Source: Asterionella formosa
Lineage: Eukaryota
Assembly (NCBI GenBank): GCA_002256025.1
Contig: NKIB01012514.1
Coordinates: forward strand, 1-64,000
Length of the DNA stretch: 64,000 bases
Reading direction: 5' to 3'
The notes under the pieces are model-generated. The model had not been told where the DNA came from, made no database searches, and saw only the letters and a list, made by a program, of their open reading frames with translations. Positions 44,542-55,871 of this stretch are shown here, piece by piece. Made by a program: the position numbers and the translations under genes. Each line of letters begins with the position of its first letter. Position 1 is the first letter of the stretch.

Positions 44542-45806
44542 TTAGAAGTATTTTATACAGATTACTACGGGTATGCATTTCTAGCTAACAATATTAGTCA
44601 GCCAAAAAAACAGTGATCAAGCAATGGATTCAATCCGTCATTTAACATTCATGACGACCTTGAAATCGGACTCCATGCATGGCACAGCCACGACCGATGT
44701 GCCTCGAACTTACCAATCAGAGCCTCCGCGGCAACAGTTCTATGCTTGGTGCACTGGAGTTCAAGTTCAGATCCTGATTACAAGGCATGGTAAGCAAGCA
44801 TGATTTATTGTCCGCTCTCCATGAAAATTTCTAAATTCATTGTTTTTCAGTAATCTCGTCCTCATTTGACAAACACTTTCTAACACTCGTTGAACAATGA
44901 TTGACCAAGGAATACAAGATATCATGCCATCAGAGATAGATCCCTTAGACCCCAGTGTCAGCACCGTCAGTTTTAATGAAGTTGACATAATCTTTTTTTG
45001 GTGGAAAGTGCGAAGATTGCCAAGTCGACAAATTTGCCAAGTGTCAACAAAGGGAGGACAGAACAGCAAGCTCATTCTGCAAGAATGCCACGAATTAGCT
45101 AGGGCTCATGTGTTTGGGGGCAATGACTGGAGAGTTTTGCTTCCAAGTAGTACAGTAGTATCGTAATGGAGCGGAGAATTCGTTGGATGAGTCTTCAAAT
45201 TGCCCAAGCTGTTTGTAAAATGCCAATCATGTGGAGAGTGAGTTAGGCGTGTCATCTTTCAGGCCTTATTCCTGTAGAACTTGATGTGAATCTAAGAGAG
45301 AAGCGAGTAAAGTCGTTTTCAATTTTACTTTTACTTTTTACGCTGGACAAATTTAATGTCGTCTTTCCATATCCTTCATCCTCAGGTCCTCCACTCCCCC
45401 AAAATGTTCGAAAGGCTGTGGGTATAAAGGATATAAATGAAGTTGATTGTAGACTTTATTGGTCAGTGAAATGAAGACAATTACATAGCAACAACCAGCG
45501 AGGTGACTTAAACCATAAAATTTGCTTGGTTATTATTTTTGATTTGAGTTTGATTATGTGTATACATGATGCAATGCTTTTGTTGAAGATGAAAATTAAG
45601 CTGATGACTGCTGATGCCGATAAACAATAATATTTCAAAATGACCCTGCTGACGTCATGTCGTCACAAAACCACATTGCACCACCATAGACCTACTGTCA
45701 GTATCGGTATGTACATTCATCATTGCCTCTACTATAGAAAACCTTGACTGAAAACCTTCAGCAGTACCGGTATATTCGGTACCAGTAGTTTCATACCAGT
45801 ATCTGG

Positions 45807-47947
45807 TGAGCAGTCTTGGCCGCTCAACTACAGACATACCTATAGGGTTCTTAGGTTTGCATAGATAGCTATATCAGAACTCTATCAGGCGAGAACTCGA
45901 CTAACACCTATTTGAATACTTAAGTGTCAACCTAGGAGATCGAGTTGCACACAAGGATTAGCTAATAAGCTCATATATTCAACAAATACTACTACTTCTA
46001 GTTGGATACTTCACTTTGAATTCAAAAAGAGTCATATTAGAATTAACAATGTTGATGTATTCTCAAGTCCCAGTGGTCCCATTGATCTATGATTTCAACC
46101 TACTAAACATCAAGAATAGCACCTTTCATTCATTCATACCAATTCGACATCTTGAGTCTTTCAAGCAAGCAAGATGAGATTCATGGAACTCCGTGGAAGT
46201 TTTGTTGATTGCTGTGAGTTCATTCCATGACATTGTTTGTCTAACCTCCGGCAAGAAAAACATTCTTTCTATTCCAAAGGTGCCTTACATAAATTGCCTT
46301 GTCTGAATGGATGAACGTTGAAGTACTCGCAGATGATCAGCCCGATAACAGTTTTGATGATGCCATGGTGATATGGTTGGATGTGCAACTTTTTCTTCTT
46401 CTTCAGGATAGCTTTTCAGTGTCAGCATCATTGGATGCTCTGATACTTGACAAAACCATTCAGCATTTTTAATGGACTTTCGGATACTGTCTCAAAACCA
46501 GAAATAGACTCCTCAAGCGCGTGTATCATCCAAAAAAGAGATTTTGACCAAGGAAGATTTGATGGTGATTGCAATTTGCTCTATGCTCGATGTGTGGCAG
46601 CAACAGTTTGAATTGTGAAAAGAAAGCAAAACAGACCAATCGATTTGCTTCACTTACTTTGAGAGTCACTTATCATTCTAAGATCGTCTCAAGCACATCC
46701 CTAAGCATGAATTCCACCATGATAAATGAGCGCTGAAGGCAAGGAGGGAATCATGTGATGCATCAAGAAACCAAGCGGGACTGGTGTCAATTTTTGACAC
46801 GAAATTGTCTTTATATAGATTGTTAAAGTTGAAGGCAATCATGTGATGCAGCAAGAAACCAAGTGGGACTGGTGTCAATTTTTAACTCGAAATTGTCTTT
46901 ATATGGTTGAAGTTGAAGGCAACTATATAATGCATCCAGAAACCAAGCGTGATGAATTGTATAATGCATCAAGAAACCAAGTATGACAAATTGTATAAGA
47001 AGGCATCAAGAAAACAAGTGTGTGAATAAAAAAAATTGTACACAATATTTTTACATGAAGCGTTTGTGGCAGTGCACATGCAATCATGATTGCAGCCAAC
47101 CATGCATGCAGTTGTGAACCAATGACTGAACATAAGGCCCCTCAAGTTATCTTAGTTGTACTAACACTACTTACACTGCTGCTAACCCCCCACTTACTAT
47201 TCCTCTTGTGTGGAAATTCTACGCAGAGCAAATTATCATACTGACATGGCTAACTCCATTCATGTTTTCTGCCTTGCATGCATTTTTTGTACCAATCCAT
47301 GAGTTAACTCTATGATGATGTCTGGTTAGGGTAATTTGCTGAAATCCATACCTGCCAACTTTTATGAATCTGCCCAGGAAATTTTAGTGGTCATGAACCC
47401 TCCTGTTGGTCAGCTAGTGGCCTATGTGCCTAACAAGAACCAGCCAAATGCTGAACAGATTTCCCATGTGCAACAATAGCAATGCTATTATTATATATAC
47501 ATGACGAAACATTGAATTATGTCTCATATCAGTCATCACCTGGATATCATTTGTTATTTACAGGATAATTACAGTCTGAATACCGCCCTTTTTTGAGAAT
47601 GTGGGATATTCCAATTGCATAGCAGGATTCAATGCATCCCATGCATGATATCACTGAATTATCATACCTACTACTGAACAAATTAATATTTGTAATATCA
47701 AACCTTTTCATACTAGGTGAAAGGTTTTCCCTTGTTGCAGGAGAGTGAGCGATCTTGCTCAACTACAGACATACCTATTTAGGGTTAGGTTTGCATAGAT
47801 ATATCAGAACTCTATCAGGAGAGAACTCGACTTAAACCTATTTGAATACTTTAATGTCAACTGAGGAGATCAAGTTGCACACAAGGATTAACTAATAAGC
47901 TCATATATTCAACAAATACTACTACTTCTAGTCAGATTGGTACTTCA
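45807..47947 (+). mobile_element. Internally deleted/non-autonomous LTR retroelement (LTRs 45807-46013 and 47746-47947)
   Basis: Two ~205-bp diverged direct repeats, each TGA...TCA. A purine tract CAGGAGAG precedes the 3' copy. Flanks TCTGG / CCTGG form a 5-bp TSD with one mismatch. The ~1.73-kb interior has no long ORF. Confidence 0.8.
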
Positions 47948-48615
47948 CCTGGTAACTGGTACCTGTTAATTGGTACAAGCAAGTTGCGGTCGTTTTAACT
48001 ATCTAATATGGGATAAAGATAGCTAAAGTTATCGTTTCAGCACAATTACCACAACTAGGTACCACCAAGAGTACCAGGTAACCAGTTGCGGTAGATGATG
48101 GTTTCTACAGTACTTAAACGCAACATGTTCTGGGTACCTGATGCCATAAAACGTGCATTTCATATGTCATCTACCAATATATCTGAGCGATTGGCGAAGA
48201 GGTGGTTGAATTCAAATTTTTGTAATTCGAGCAGGCCGGGCCCTACTTTCGACCGTTTTTAAATACCGGTTTCTGCGGTACGCCAAGGGACAGTCCAATT
48301 CAGCACAATTTCGTATTGAAGGTTCAAACGAATCCAGTTTCGTCGTTGCTTGTTTTGTTCGTTTATGAATAACCGTAATACACACGTGATAGTTGTTGCT
48401 GAGCGTTGTAGTGGACGAAACAACAACAGCCTATCTTGCAAGCACACGATTTCGTTATGATGCATGTGTGTCATGGGTTTGACATTCCGTCGCGTCTAGC
48501 TTCATTTTTTGAAAGACAACACGACAAGTAGCTATTTGGTACTTTAAGACACGCAACACTTTCGAATTCTCAAAACTCTGAGTCCTCAAAAACAACAAAT
48601 AAATTGAAACAAACT

Positions 48616-50043
48616 ATGGATTTATACGCCAGACGACACGGTGACGACGACGACGACGACAAGGAAGGCCTTTGGATTCAGCAGACTAGAATTGGTGAAT
48701 ACACAGATGACGAAGCATCGAGTAAGAATAATGGTTACATCTCCTCGTCATCAGTCAGCCTCGTTGGAGGCAATTTTGTTGTCGACGCGTCGATAGATGC
48801 CGAACACTCGGCCCTAGAGTATTCAGAAGACGATGTGTCGCGCTCCAATTCTCCTCGTGCTTTACCTCCTACTTTTCTATTGCTGGATCCGATGGACTCT
48901 GACAATGTCAGTTTCACATCGCAAGAGTCGGACTTATTTCTAGATGATGCATATTTTCAACAAGATTTTCTGGGCAAGATGGAACATGATGATGTTAGTG
49001 TGGAGTATCCACCGTCTGTGTCCGATGAAGGAACGAGAGAAGGGAGTTCTGTGAATAGTGCGGGCGGGGACCTAGACGTTTTGGAAGGCAGCTCAGATGA
49101 AGGCATTTTCGAAGACAATCAGGATAGCTCTTTTGATGCTCCCATTCTTGTTCCATACACAGACTTGGAACCTGACGAAGTGTTCAATGGCGAGAAGGGA
49201 CGCAGTTTTGCTCTTCGCTTGTTGGGTAAGTCCAACGCGGACACCGTCAGGACCACTGGGGCCGCAGACAAGCGTCGTAAACAACCCAACATGCTAAAAC
49301 GAGCTGTACGTTCCTTTCGACGCCGATCCAATCGAGATAAGCCATGTGAAATCAATGGTAGTGACTCGAAGGATCAATATGTTTATGGCTCCGCTCTTGA
49401 AAAACGTATGTTGCCTTCCTTTATGTCATCTTCGGCGTCAGTGGTCTCACTTCTAGACGAAGACAAGATTTTGGACAAAATGAGGATAGAAGACTTTGGG
49501 GATTGGGGATCAAGTGAAGCCGCTGCCGTTATTTTGACTCCTCCAAGGCTGAGGAGCACGGTGGACTTAAATTTCGACCTCGAAACCATTGCAATCTTTG
49601 GTATGTCAAGTGATTCGTCGATCGATCGTGCTGCGCCAGTAATTGTGTCGGACGACGATGAAACATCTGTCGGGGGAGCGCCGGTTTTCGCTTTGCAAGA
49701 CAATGGCAGCGTCTTTGAGTCACATTTTATTGACGACTCGCAACTTTCCTTCTCAGATCAGCCTCTATGCAGATCGTACACTAGTGGCTGTATCCCTGAG
49801 GGTCTCTTGTCTCGTACGTCGACCAACGATGTTATATCTCAGCTAAATCTTGGGGTGGACGGCTGGTCAGCCATTAATTGTTTAGAGCAGATGTCTTCGG
49901 CAGTATTGGACATGTGTCAGTATGAGCTTCCTATGCTGACTGTACATGGCATCGAAGTTCCAGATTACAATGCGTATGTCAAGAATTTGGTCGCCACCTT
50001 TCGCCGCGACCTTTTAAAGAGCTCGGAGGGTCTAGGGTCTTGA
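48616..50043 (+). CDS. Hypothetical acidic, Ser/Asp-rich, probably disordered protein
   Basis: Open frame of ~475 aa from ATG 48616 with a central basic patch (KRRKQPNMLKRAVRSFRRRS). No recognised domain. Confidence 0.7.
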   Translation: MDLYARRHGDDDDDDKEGLWIQQTRIGEYTDDEASSKNNGYISSSSVSLVGGNFVVDASIDAEHSALEYSEDDVSRSNSPRALPPTFLLLDPMDSDNVSFTSQESDLFLDDAYFQQDFLGKMEHDDVSVEYPPSVSDEGTREGSSVNSAGGDLDVLEGSSDEGIFEDNQDSSFDAPILVPYTDLEPDEVFNGEKGRSFALRLLGKSNADTVRTTGAADKRRKQPNMLKRAVRSFRRRSNRDKPCEINGSDSKDQYVYGSALEKRMLPSFMSSSASVVSLLDEDKILDKMRIEDFGDWGSSEAAAVILTPPRLRSTVDLNFDLETIAIFGMSSDSSIDRAAPVIVSDDDETSVGGAPVFALQDNGSVFESHFIDDSQLSFSDQPLCRSYTSGCIPEGLLSRTSTNDVISQLNLGVDGWSAINCLEQMSSAVLDMCQYELPMLTVHGIEVPDYNAYVKNLVATFRRDLLKSSEGLGS

Positions 50044-50457
50044 TAATATCTAGCTAATATTGTTACCTGAGTTAACATACATAGGCAGGTAGGTACCTGG
50101 TACTTTCACTCCACTATTCATCTCTACTTTTACTTGTGCCGCCGAACAAATGCTTTTGCTTCAAATCTTCCTATTACTGTTTAGAATTTACCATTATACC
50201 TATATCTGGGGACAAAAACCCGTGATGGAAGGCTCAACAAATCGAGAAACTCGCACAGGCGAAACGAGCAGGAATCCCTCTCTATTTTTACGACAACACG
50301 TCATCAATGTGCTATACCGGTATTTATTATACATACCGGTATATTTGCTCTGGCAAAACTCGTAATTGTCAACTCAAGACTACATGTTACAAGTCTTCTC
50401 CCATTTTGCCTTTTTTCCTCGGTCTATTCTCAAACGACTACAGCCTACCATCCAAGA

Positions 50458-52341
50458 ATGGAAGCCTTTATTGAGGCTCACGCCGATCAATTCCAGTTTC
50501 TCAATATTCCTGAAGACTTCTACGAATCATTGTATGCACAGTTTCAAGCCATCGACACTGGCAGCAATCAACCCATGCTCGGCATTCCGTCCGGTGAGTT
50601 GGGATCTATCATTGTCCTTGCTCATATTTGTAGCTGGGACATGTTGCTTGAGAGCAATCGAGGTCTTTTTGATGGGCTTGCCGCGTTGTCTTGTGAGTTA
50701 TTGGGGAAAGTCTATGATAGTCTATGCACAATTTCGAATCAAGATCCAGGTGACGCTGTTGCTGACTACGACAACTACAGCCTCATCGAAGCCATTTCCT
50801 GTCACCCCCTTTTATGGGCCTGCGTCATTTTGTATCGGGATGTCAACGGCAGAGTCAGGGGTGCCTTGCCCGCTCCTCCATTCTTTCCTCCACTGGCAGT
50901 TAATTCGCCAGCAGACGATACTGAAGCAAATCTCAGCGGTCCCTTTGGATTTCGATATCTCGCCGAAAATGGAGATATCATAGATTACTCATTGGTATAT
51001 GTTGATCCGTTATACAATTCTAAGGAGTTTACACTGCCAAACCTGGATTATGTCCCACTGTATACTGTCCCCGATGCCAGAACGAGGTCTATTCGCTATG
51101 CGGCCTTGCTAGGACTTCAGGCTCCTTGTTTTGCCATCGACACTGTGAAAGAGATTTATGCAACATTTGTACACCAGATGCATTTAGTAAGACAGCAGAA
51201 ACTGGAGATGAAGTTACTTTGTCAAGAACTGCGCCTTGATCCCCCGTTAATACCTCAAAACAGAGTGTACAAAGTATATACCGACACAAATGACCCCATG
51301 AAATTGAGCCACCCCGATGCCGGCTTGTCGAAAGATTTATTCAAACTTGTCGACAACATAAAAGACGCAGATATAGTTTATTCTTACCAATCCCTCTTTG
51401 CTCCCGGGAAAATCCATGATGAGATTGCATCACGAGCTGACGTGCTGATCAACCAATTCCCATACGAAGGTGCCTTTGTTCAAAAGGACCATCTCGGTCG
51501 AGAACTGTTGCGTCAACATGGACTCCCAAGACCACAATGGGCCTTGGAATCTTACGATTTGGATTGTCAGCTTGGTGAGTTCATAGGAGCTGCCTGGATG
51601 GATTATGAGCGCTTCCGTTCGTGGCCTTTGTGGATTGTCAAGCCAGCTTCAGGTACCCAATCCAAAGGACATATTGTCACTAAGAGTTTGGCTCAAGTCT
51701 TGCGATTAGTCGATACAGGCAGTTTTTCTAGAGTGGCCCAACGATATTTGGAAGAACCAGTGTGTTATCACGGCCGGAAAATCGATTGTCGTTGCATTGT
51801 TATAATGACACCGGGGTCTATATACATGCACAAGCGAGTATACTTTCGGATCGCTGCCAAACCGCATTCGATTCAACGGTGGTCGGATTTGGTAGATCAC
51901 GAAATTGTGTTATCAGCTATGCATTTGGTTGATGAGAATGATCCAAACGCAGAGCATCCCGAACGAATGATCCTTCCAATCGATTCAGTAACCATAGCGG
52001 AATTAGAAAAAAACTATGGAGACGCTGGATTTAATTGGAATACAACTGTTTTGCCCAAAGTACACAAATTAATCAAAGAACTTTTTCTGGGAATGAAACA
52101 AAGTTATCCTGCGATGGTTGCTTCGTCGAAATCAAGAGCCCTGTATGGTGTCGATGTCATGTTTGAGGTTGGTGCGGATGGGATCGAGCCAAAGTTGACT
52201 GAAGTCACCTTTTGTCCGTCCAACAACGCGGTTTGTGATGCATACCAACGGGACGATGACTTGTTTCTAAACTACAACACTGATATCTTCAAGTGCATGT
52301 TCTTAGGACAAGTATCGGAGAGTATCATTCAACTCCAGTAA
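50458..52341 (+). CDS. Tubulin-tyrosine ligase-like protein (TTLL12-like, ATP-grasp)
   Basis: INQFPYEG...KDHL, WIVKPAS, VAQRYLEEP, KIDCRCIV, SRALYGVDVMF and LTEVTFCP. Confidence 0.85.
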   Translation: MEAFIEAHADQFQFLNIPEDFYESLYAQFQAIDTGSNQPMLGIPSGELGSIIVLAHICSWDMLLESNRGLFDGLAALSCELLGKVYDSLCTISNQDPGDAVADYDNYSLIEAISCHPLLWACVILYRDVNGRVRGALPAPPFFPPLAVNSPADDTEANLSGPFGFRYLAENGDIIDYSLVYVDPLYNSKEFTLPNLDYVPLYTVPDARTRSIRYAALLGLQAPCFAIDTVKEIYATFVHQMHLVRQQKLEMKLLCQELRLDPPLIPQNRVYKVYTDTNDPMKLSHPDAGLSKDLFKLVDNIKDADIVYSYQSLFAPGKIHDEIASRADVLINQFPYEGAFVQKDHLGRELLRQHGLPRPQWALESYDLDCQLGEFIGAAWMDYERFRSWPLWIVKPASGTQSKGHIVTKSLAQVLRLVDTGSFSRVAQRYLEEPVCYHGRKIDCRCIVIMTPGSIYMHKRVYFRIAAKPHSIQRWSDLVDHEIVLSAMHLVDENDPNAEHPERMILPIDSVTIAELEKNYGDAGFNWNTTVLPKVHKLIKELFLGMKQSYPAMVASSKSRALYGVDVMFEVGADGIEPKLTEVTFCPSNNAVCDAYQRDDDLFLNYNTDIFKCMFLGQVSESIIQLQ

Positions 52342-53317
52342 TAAAACTCCCTTTGGTTTCGAAATTGACTCGTAACGTCACCAACTGTTGTTTATTTAAG
52401 TCAGGTTTACCCCTTGTCTGAAAAAGCCCTTTTTGTCGATCAATCATCTGCTATTGGTGATGATTTCATTCTCACTGCAAGTTTATCCAAGTTTTTTTTG
52501 TCCATAGATATTGATGAAAATGAAAGATGAATTTTTCATAAATTTTGGGATGAGCATGAAGGAACACTTTGGTTTAAACACCAGGTACCCTGGTAGTGTG
52601 ATGCAGCTGCGATGGTCTGTCTTTCCAAAGGGGTGAAGATTTGGACGTACCACTTGAAAAAAAGTAATCGCTCAAATATATTTTTTGCTTGTGGTCGCAC
52701 TACCAGGTACCTGACAGCTGATAGTACGTCACTTATTCAACTTTTTGAGTGAGGGTCACCGAATGACGCAACTCACTAGATGCGACATAATATGAAGTGG
52801 AAGTGTTTCATGATTGATGAATTGTGATGAGCTTGGAATCCCGCTTCCCTCAGCAATGTTGGCTTTTAGTCATTTCGACTTTCTGGGTTCTATTGATCAT
52901 GCATGAGCAAGACTGCAATAGGAATGGTTCGTCCACATGGCTCTAGAGCGACAAGTGCTGCATTAGACTGTCATGACAGATGAGTGTCATCTGATAGCAC
53001 GCAACACGATACTCTTGTTGACAGGAGATTCAATAAGGACACGCTTTGCCATGCAGAATCGCGAAGTCCACATGGGGGAGTATCACCTTGCCTGGATTAA
53101 TTGTGAAGATGCGAGTTCGTCTTGGCGGAGTACCGTAAATGATAGCAAGCAACAATTGCTTTTGGTGTTTTCTAGTTAGAGTCACATCTCCATAAATAGA
53201 GTTACAACCGAGTCTGGGTCTCAGTCCCTAGCACTGATCGGAAAGAGTTTTTTCTATTTGATAATGTTTTGTTAAGAATACTGCAATTTCCCCTATTCTC
53301 GTCCCTTCAATTCTTGC

Positions 53318-55576
53318 TCAAGTAATTGAAAATTTACTCATGTCTGCTAACTCGATGCCAAGCGGATCTGTATCATCAACATCGGCGTCATCGTCATCAT
53401 TATAGATTGCTAATTCCAAGTCTCCATTCTCGTCGTCGCCTGGATCATCATGATATCCATCTCGGAAGTTACCATCATGCAAGTCAATCAAATTGTGTTG
53501 ATAGTCTCGACGCCACGACAGCATTACGGCACAAAACGTAGCACTCAAAAGCAGCATAATTCCCACACCAATCAATATTGTCACATGTGTGCTCCGTACA
53601 TCCTTGCTTGGGCTCAGTCCACCCATGACAGCGTGTCCGTGAGTTTCACCAAACCGATTGGTAGTTTCAATAATGGAAATTTCTTGCCCATCTTGGTTGT
53701 TCCCCACTGAGACGTCATAATTACCAACTACGATGGTAACAGGCACAATTGTCCACCAATCCAATCGACCTTGAATCACCTTGCCGTTGGACTCGTGATG
53801 CCACAGTGGGTTGGTGCGTGCGTTGACGACGTGTGCTTGCGCCCCCATCCCTTTAGGAGCGACGTTGTGGGTCAAATCGGTCCACCCTTGATCGACTCGC
53901 GCGGTCGCCAGAAAAACCCATTTATCGGATGGTTTGAGAGTAGACACATCCACGACGGCAGAAAATATGGGACCCAGCACTGGTTCTGTGAGGGAAATAG
54001 TCGGACTGGGACCATGCTGAGAAAAGAATGTTGTGCCATTGATCCGACTGTCAGGAGATGCTTTCTCGAAAAGTCTTTGTATCTTGGTTGTGTCGGGTTG
54101 GTTGAGGCAATCATAGACACCTCGAATCTCCTCAGTGTCCCTTGCAAACCACAATGAGGTATCATCAATGGTCAAAGCACCACCGACTGACCATTCAATC
54201 TTCAATTGTCTTAAGTTTCTGGGTATCATGATGACGGGAGTTTTGTCGCACGTTCGCTCGATCGTTGGAACAATGTCTTCACTCAAGGCAAAATTGTGCA
54301 CACCCACAATTCTCACGTATGGCTCCACCATATCGGCGGCTACTAAGGAGAGTCGGATGTTTCGCGACACGTGACCATTTCCTGGAGTGTCTTGGTCCAA
54401 CACTCGTTCGGAAGTGCCCAATTCCGATGTCGGTGGAGTTTTGCTGTTCGACGTTTCCACTAACATGTTAAAGACCCGTAACGTGGAATTGTTGTAGATG
54501 GATTTTTCCTTGGGATATGGAGTATATGTATCGGGTTGACAGAGGATCACGCGATCGAGATCCCAGCTCCCGGCGTAGGCCCAATCTTCAAAGCCACCCC
54601 TAACGTAATATACTTTGTCGTTCATGTTGCCAAAGTCATATGGTTGTGAGTGATCCCACCCAGCTCCGTATTTGGAGAAAGCTTGAGCGATATCATGCTG
54701 TGCAATGTCGTCAGGAGAATCACTATGCAGATACGTGGGAGCGCCCCATTCGTAGCCAATAACTTCCGTGCCACCATGAAACGTCAAGGACAACTGAAAT
54801 AAATGCTGTCTGAATATCTCATTCAAAGTTCTTCCGGCAATAGTTCTAAAGCATTCATTCGCTATCTCCACATCAAATGGAAAATCTCTATTCGGATCCA
54901 TATTCTCTTCCGCTCGCTCGTTCCGAAAGTAACCTAATGCATTTGCTGTCGGCACGATGACGATGCGCCTAGTGGTAACCAATCTCGCCAACCATTGTCG
55001 GTGCTGAATGGACACTCCTTGGCTGGCCAATTTCGAACGACATGACTTGGCCTCTTGTAATTGGAGGGGGTATTCGTCACTCGTGGGAGGGGCCGACGGA
55101 AGCGCTTCGCAAGCTGCAGCCTGCAGCAGCAAGGCGGCTGCTTCCATGACAGCAGTCGGCCCGACGCGCTCGTCGCCATGTAGACTTCCACTGAGAAATA
55201 CTTCGGGTAAATGATTAGAGGAATACGAATCGGGTGGATGAACGGTGTAATCTTGAAGTTCTAGAATGTAATGGAGACAACCGTCGCCGCCACTGTCAAA
55301 TGGACAATCGTTCTTGTTTCCAGAGCGAGGAAGACTGTAAGCCTCTTGCGACGTTGTCAACTTGCAGAATTGGGGATATTGAGTCTTCAATCGAAGTAAC
55401 ATTTGGCCTATTTCTTCTGCTAGTAACAGTTTGTACTGACGAGGGTAGGACGACGTTCCGTCGTCCACTGCATTGACTGTGCGAATGAGGTTGTTGTTCC
55501 CATCGATTGTCGTGTGTGCAGATGCTGTGCTTGCCGCGAAGATGAGACTCGGTAGCCACAGCAGGAAGAGATTCAT
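53318..55576 (-). CDS. M14 zinc carboxypeptidase with signal peptide and C-terminal transmembrane helix
   Basis: HGDE Zn ligands, DPNRDFP, TFHGG, GGFEDWAY and LVE. Signal peptide MNLFLLWLPSLIFAASTASA and TM segment VTILIGVGIMLLLSATFCAVML. Confidence 0.9.
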   Translation of the reverse strand: MNLFLLWLPSLIFAASTASAHTTIDGNNNLIRTVNAVDDGTSSYPRQYKLLLAEEIGQMLLRLKTQYPQFCKLTTSQEAYSLPRSGNKNDCPFDSGGDGCLHYILELQDYTVHPPDSYSSNHLPEVFLSGSLHGDERVGPTAVMEAAALLLQAAACEALPSAPPTSDEYPLQLQEAKSCRSKLASQGVSIQHRQWLARLVTTRRIVIVPTANALGYFRNERAEENMDPNRDFPFDVEIANECFRTIAGRTLNEIFRQHLFQLSLTFHGGTEVIGYEWGAPTYLHSDSPDDIAQHDIAQAFSKYGAGWDHSQPYDFGNMNDKVYYVRGGFEDWAYAGSWDLDRVILCQPDTYTPYPKEKSIYNNSTLRVFNMLVETSNSKTPPTSELGTSERVLDQDTPGNGHVSRNIRLSLVAADMVEPYVRIVGVHNFALSEDIVPTIERTCDKTPVIMIPRNLRQLKIEWSVGGALTIDDTSLWFARDTEEIRGVYDCLNQPDTTKIQRLFEKASPDSRINGTTFFSQHGPSPTISLTEPVLGPIFSAVVDVSTLKPSDKWVFLATARVDQGWTDLTHNVAPKGMGAQAHVVNARTNPLWHHESNGKVIQGRLDWWTIVPVTIVVGNYDVSVGNNQDGQEISIIETTNRFGETHGHAVMGGLSPSKDVRSTHVTILIGVGIMLLLSATFCAVMLSWRRDYQHNLIDLHDGNFRDGYHDDPGDDENGDLELAIYNDDDDADVDDTDPLGIELADMSKFSIT

Positions 55577-55871
55577 GGCTCACGTAGTCTACAGGCGAGA
55601 AAGGAAGCGACGAAGCCAAAGAGAGCACATCGTTGACGAGGAGAAACTTCGATTTGTTCCCCAACTACTGCATACCACCTAAAAACCGAGAGGCAACGTT
55701 TAAGTAACTCCTTCTTCGGACTAAAATTATCGACGTATCTTAAGGTTCCTCCATTTCAACCCCTCTTTTAGGCAAACATTAAAAAAATGCTTAGGGTTGC
55801 CAAAACTTCATACCGGTCAGTATATCACTTTGTGGAGTAGTGATATATGTACAAGAAAGATTGAGTCTTAA

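Noticed and set aside
44600..45460. Decayed minus-strand reading frame, considered as a possible Fanzor/TnpB or transposase
   Set aside because: Many stops and no RuvC, zinc-finger or DDE motifs recognisable by eye.
46749..47020. CRISPR-like repeat/spacer appearance
   Set aside because: Spacers are unequal in length and similar to each other, there are no cas genes, and the context is a eukaryotic LTR element.
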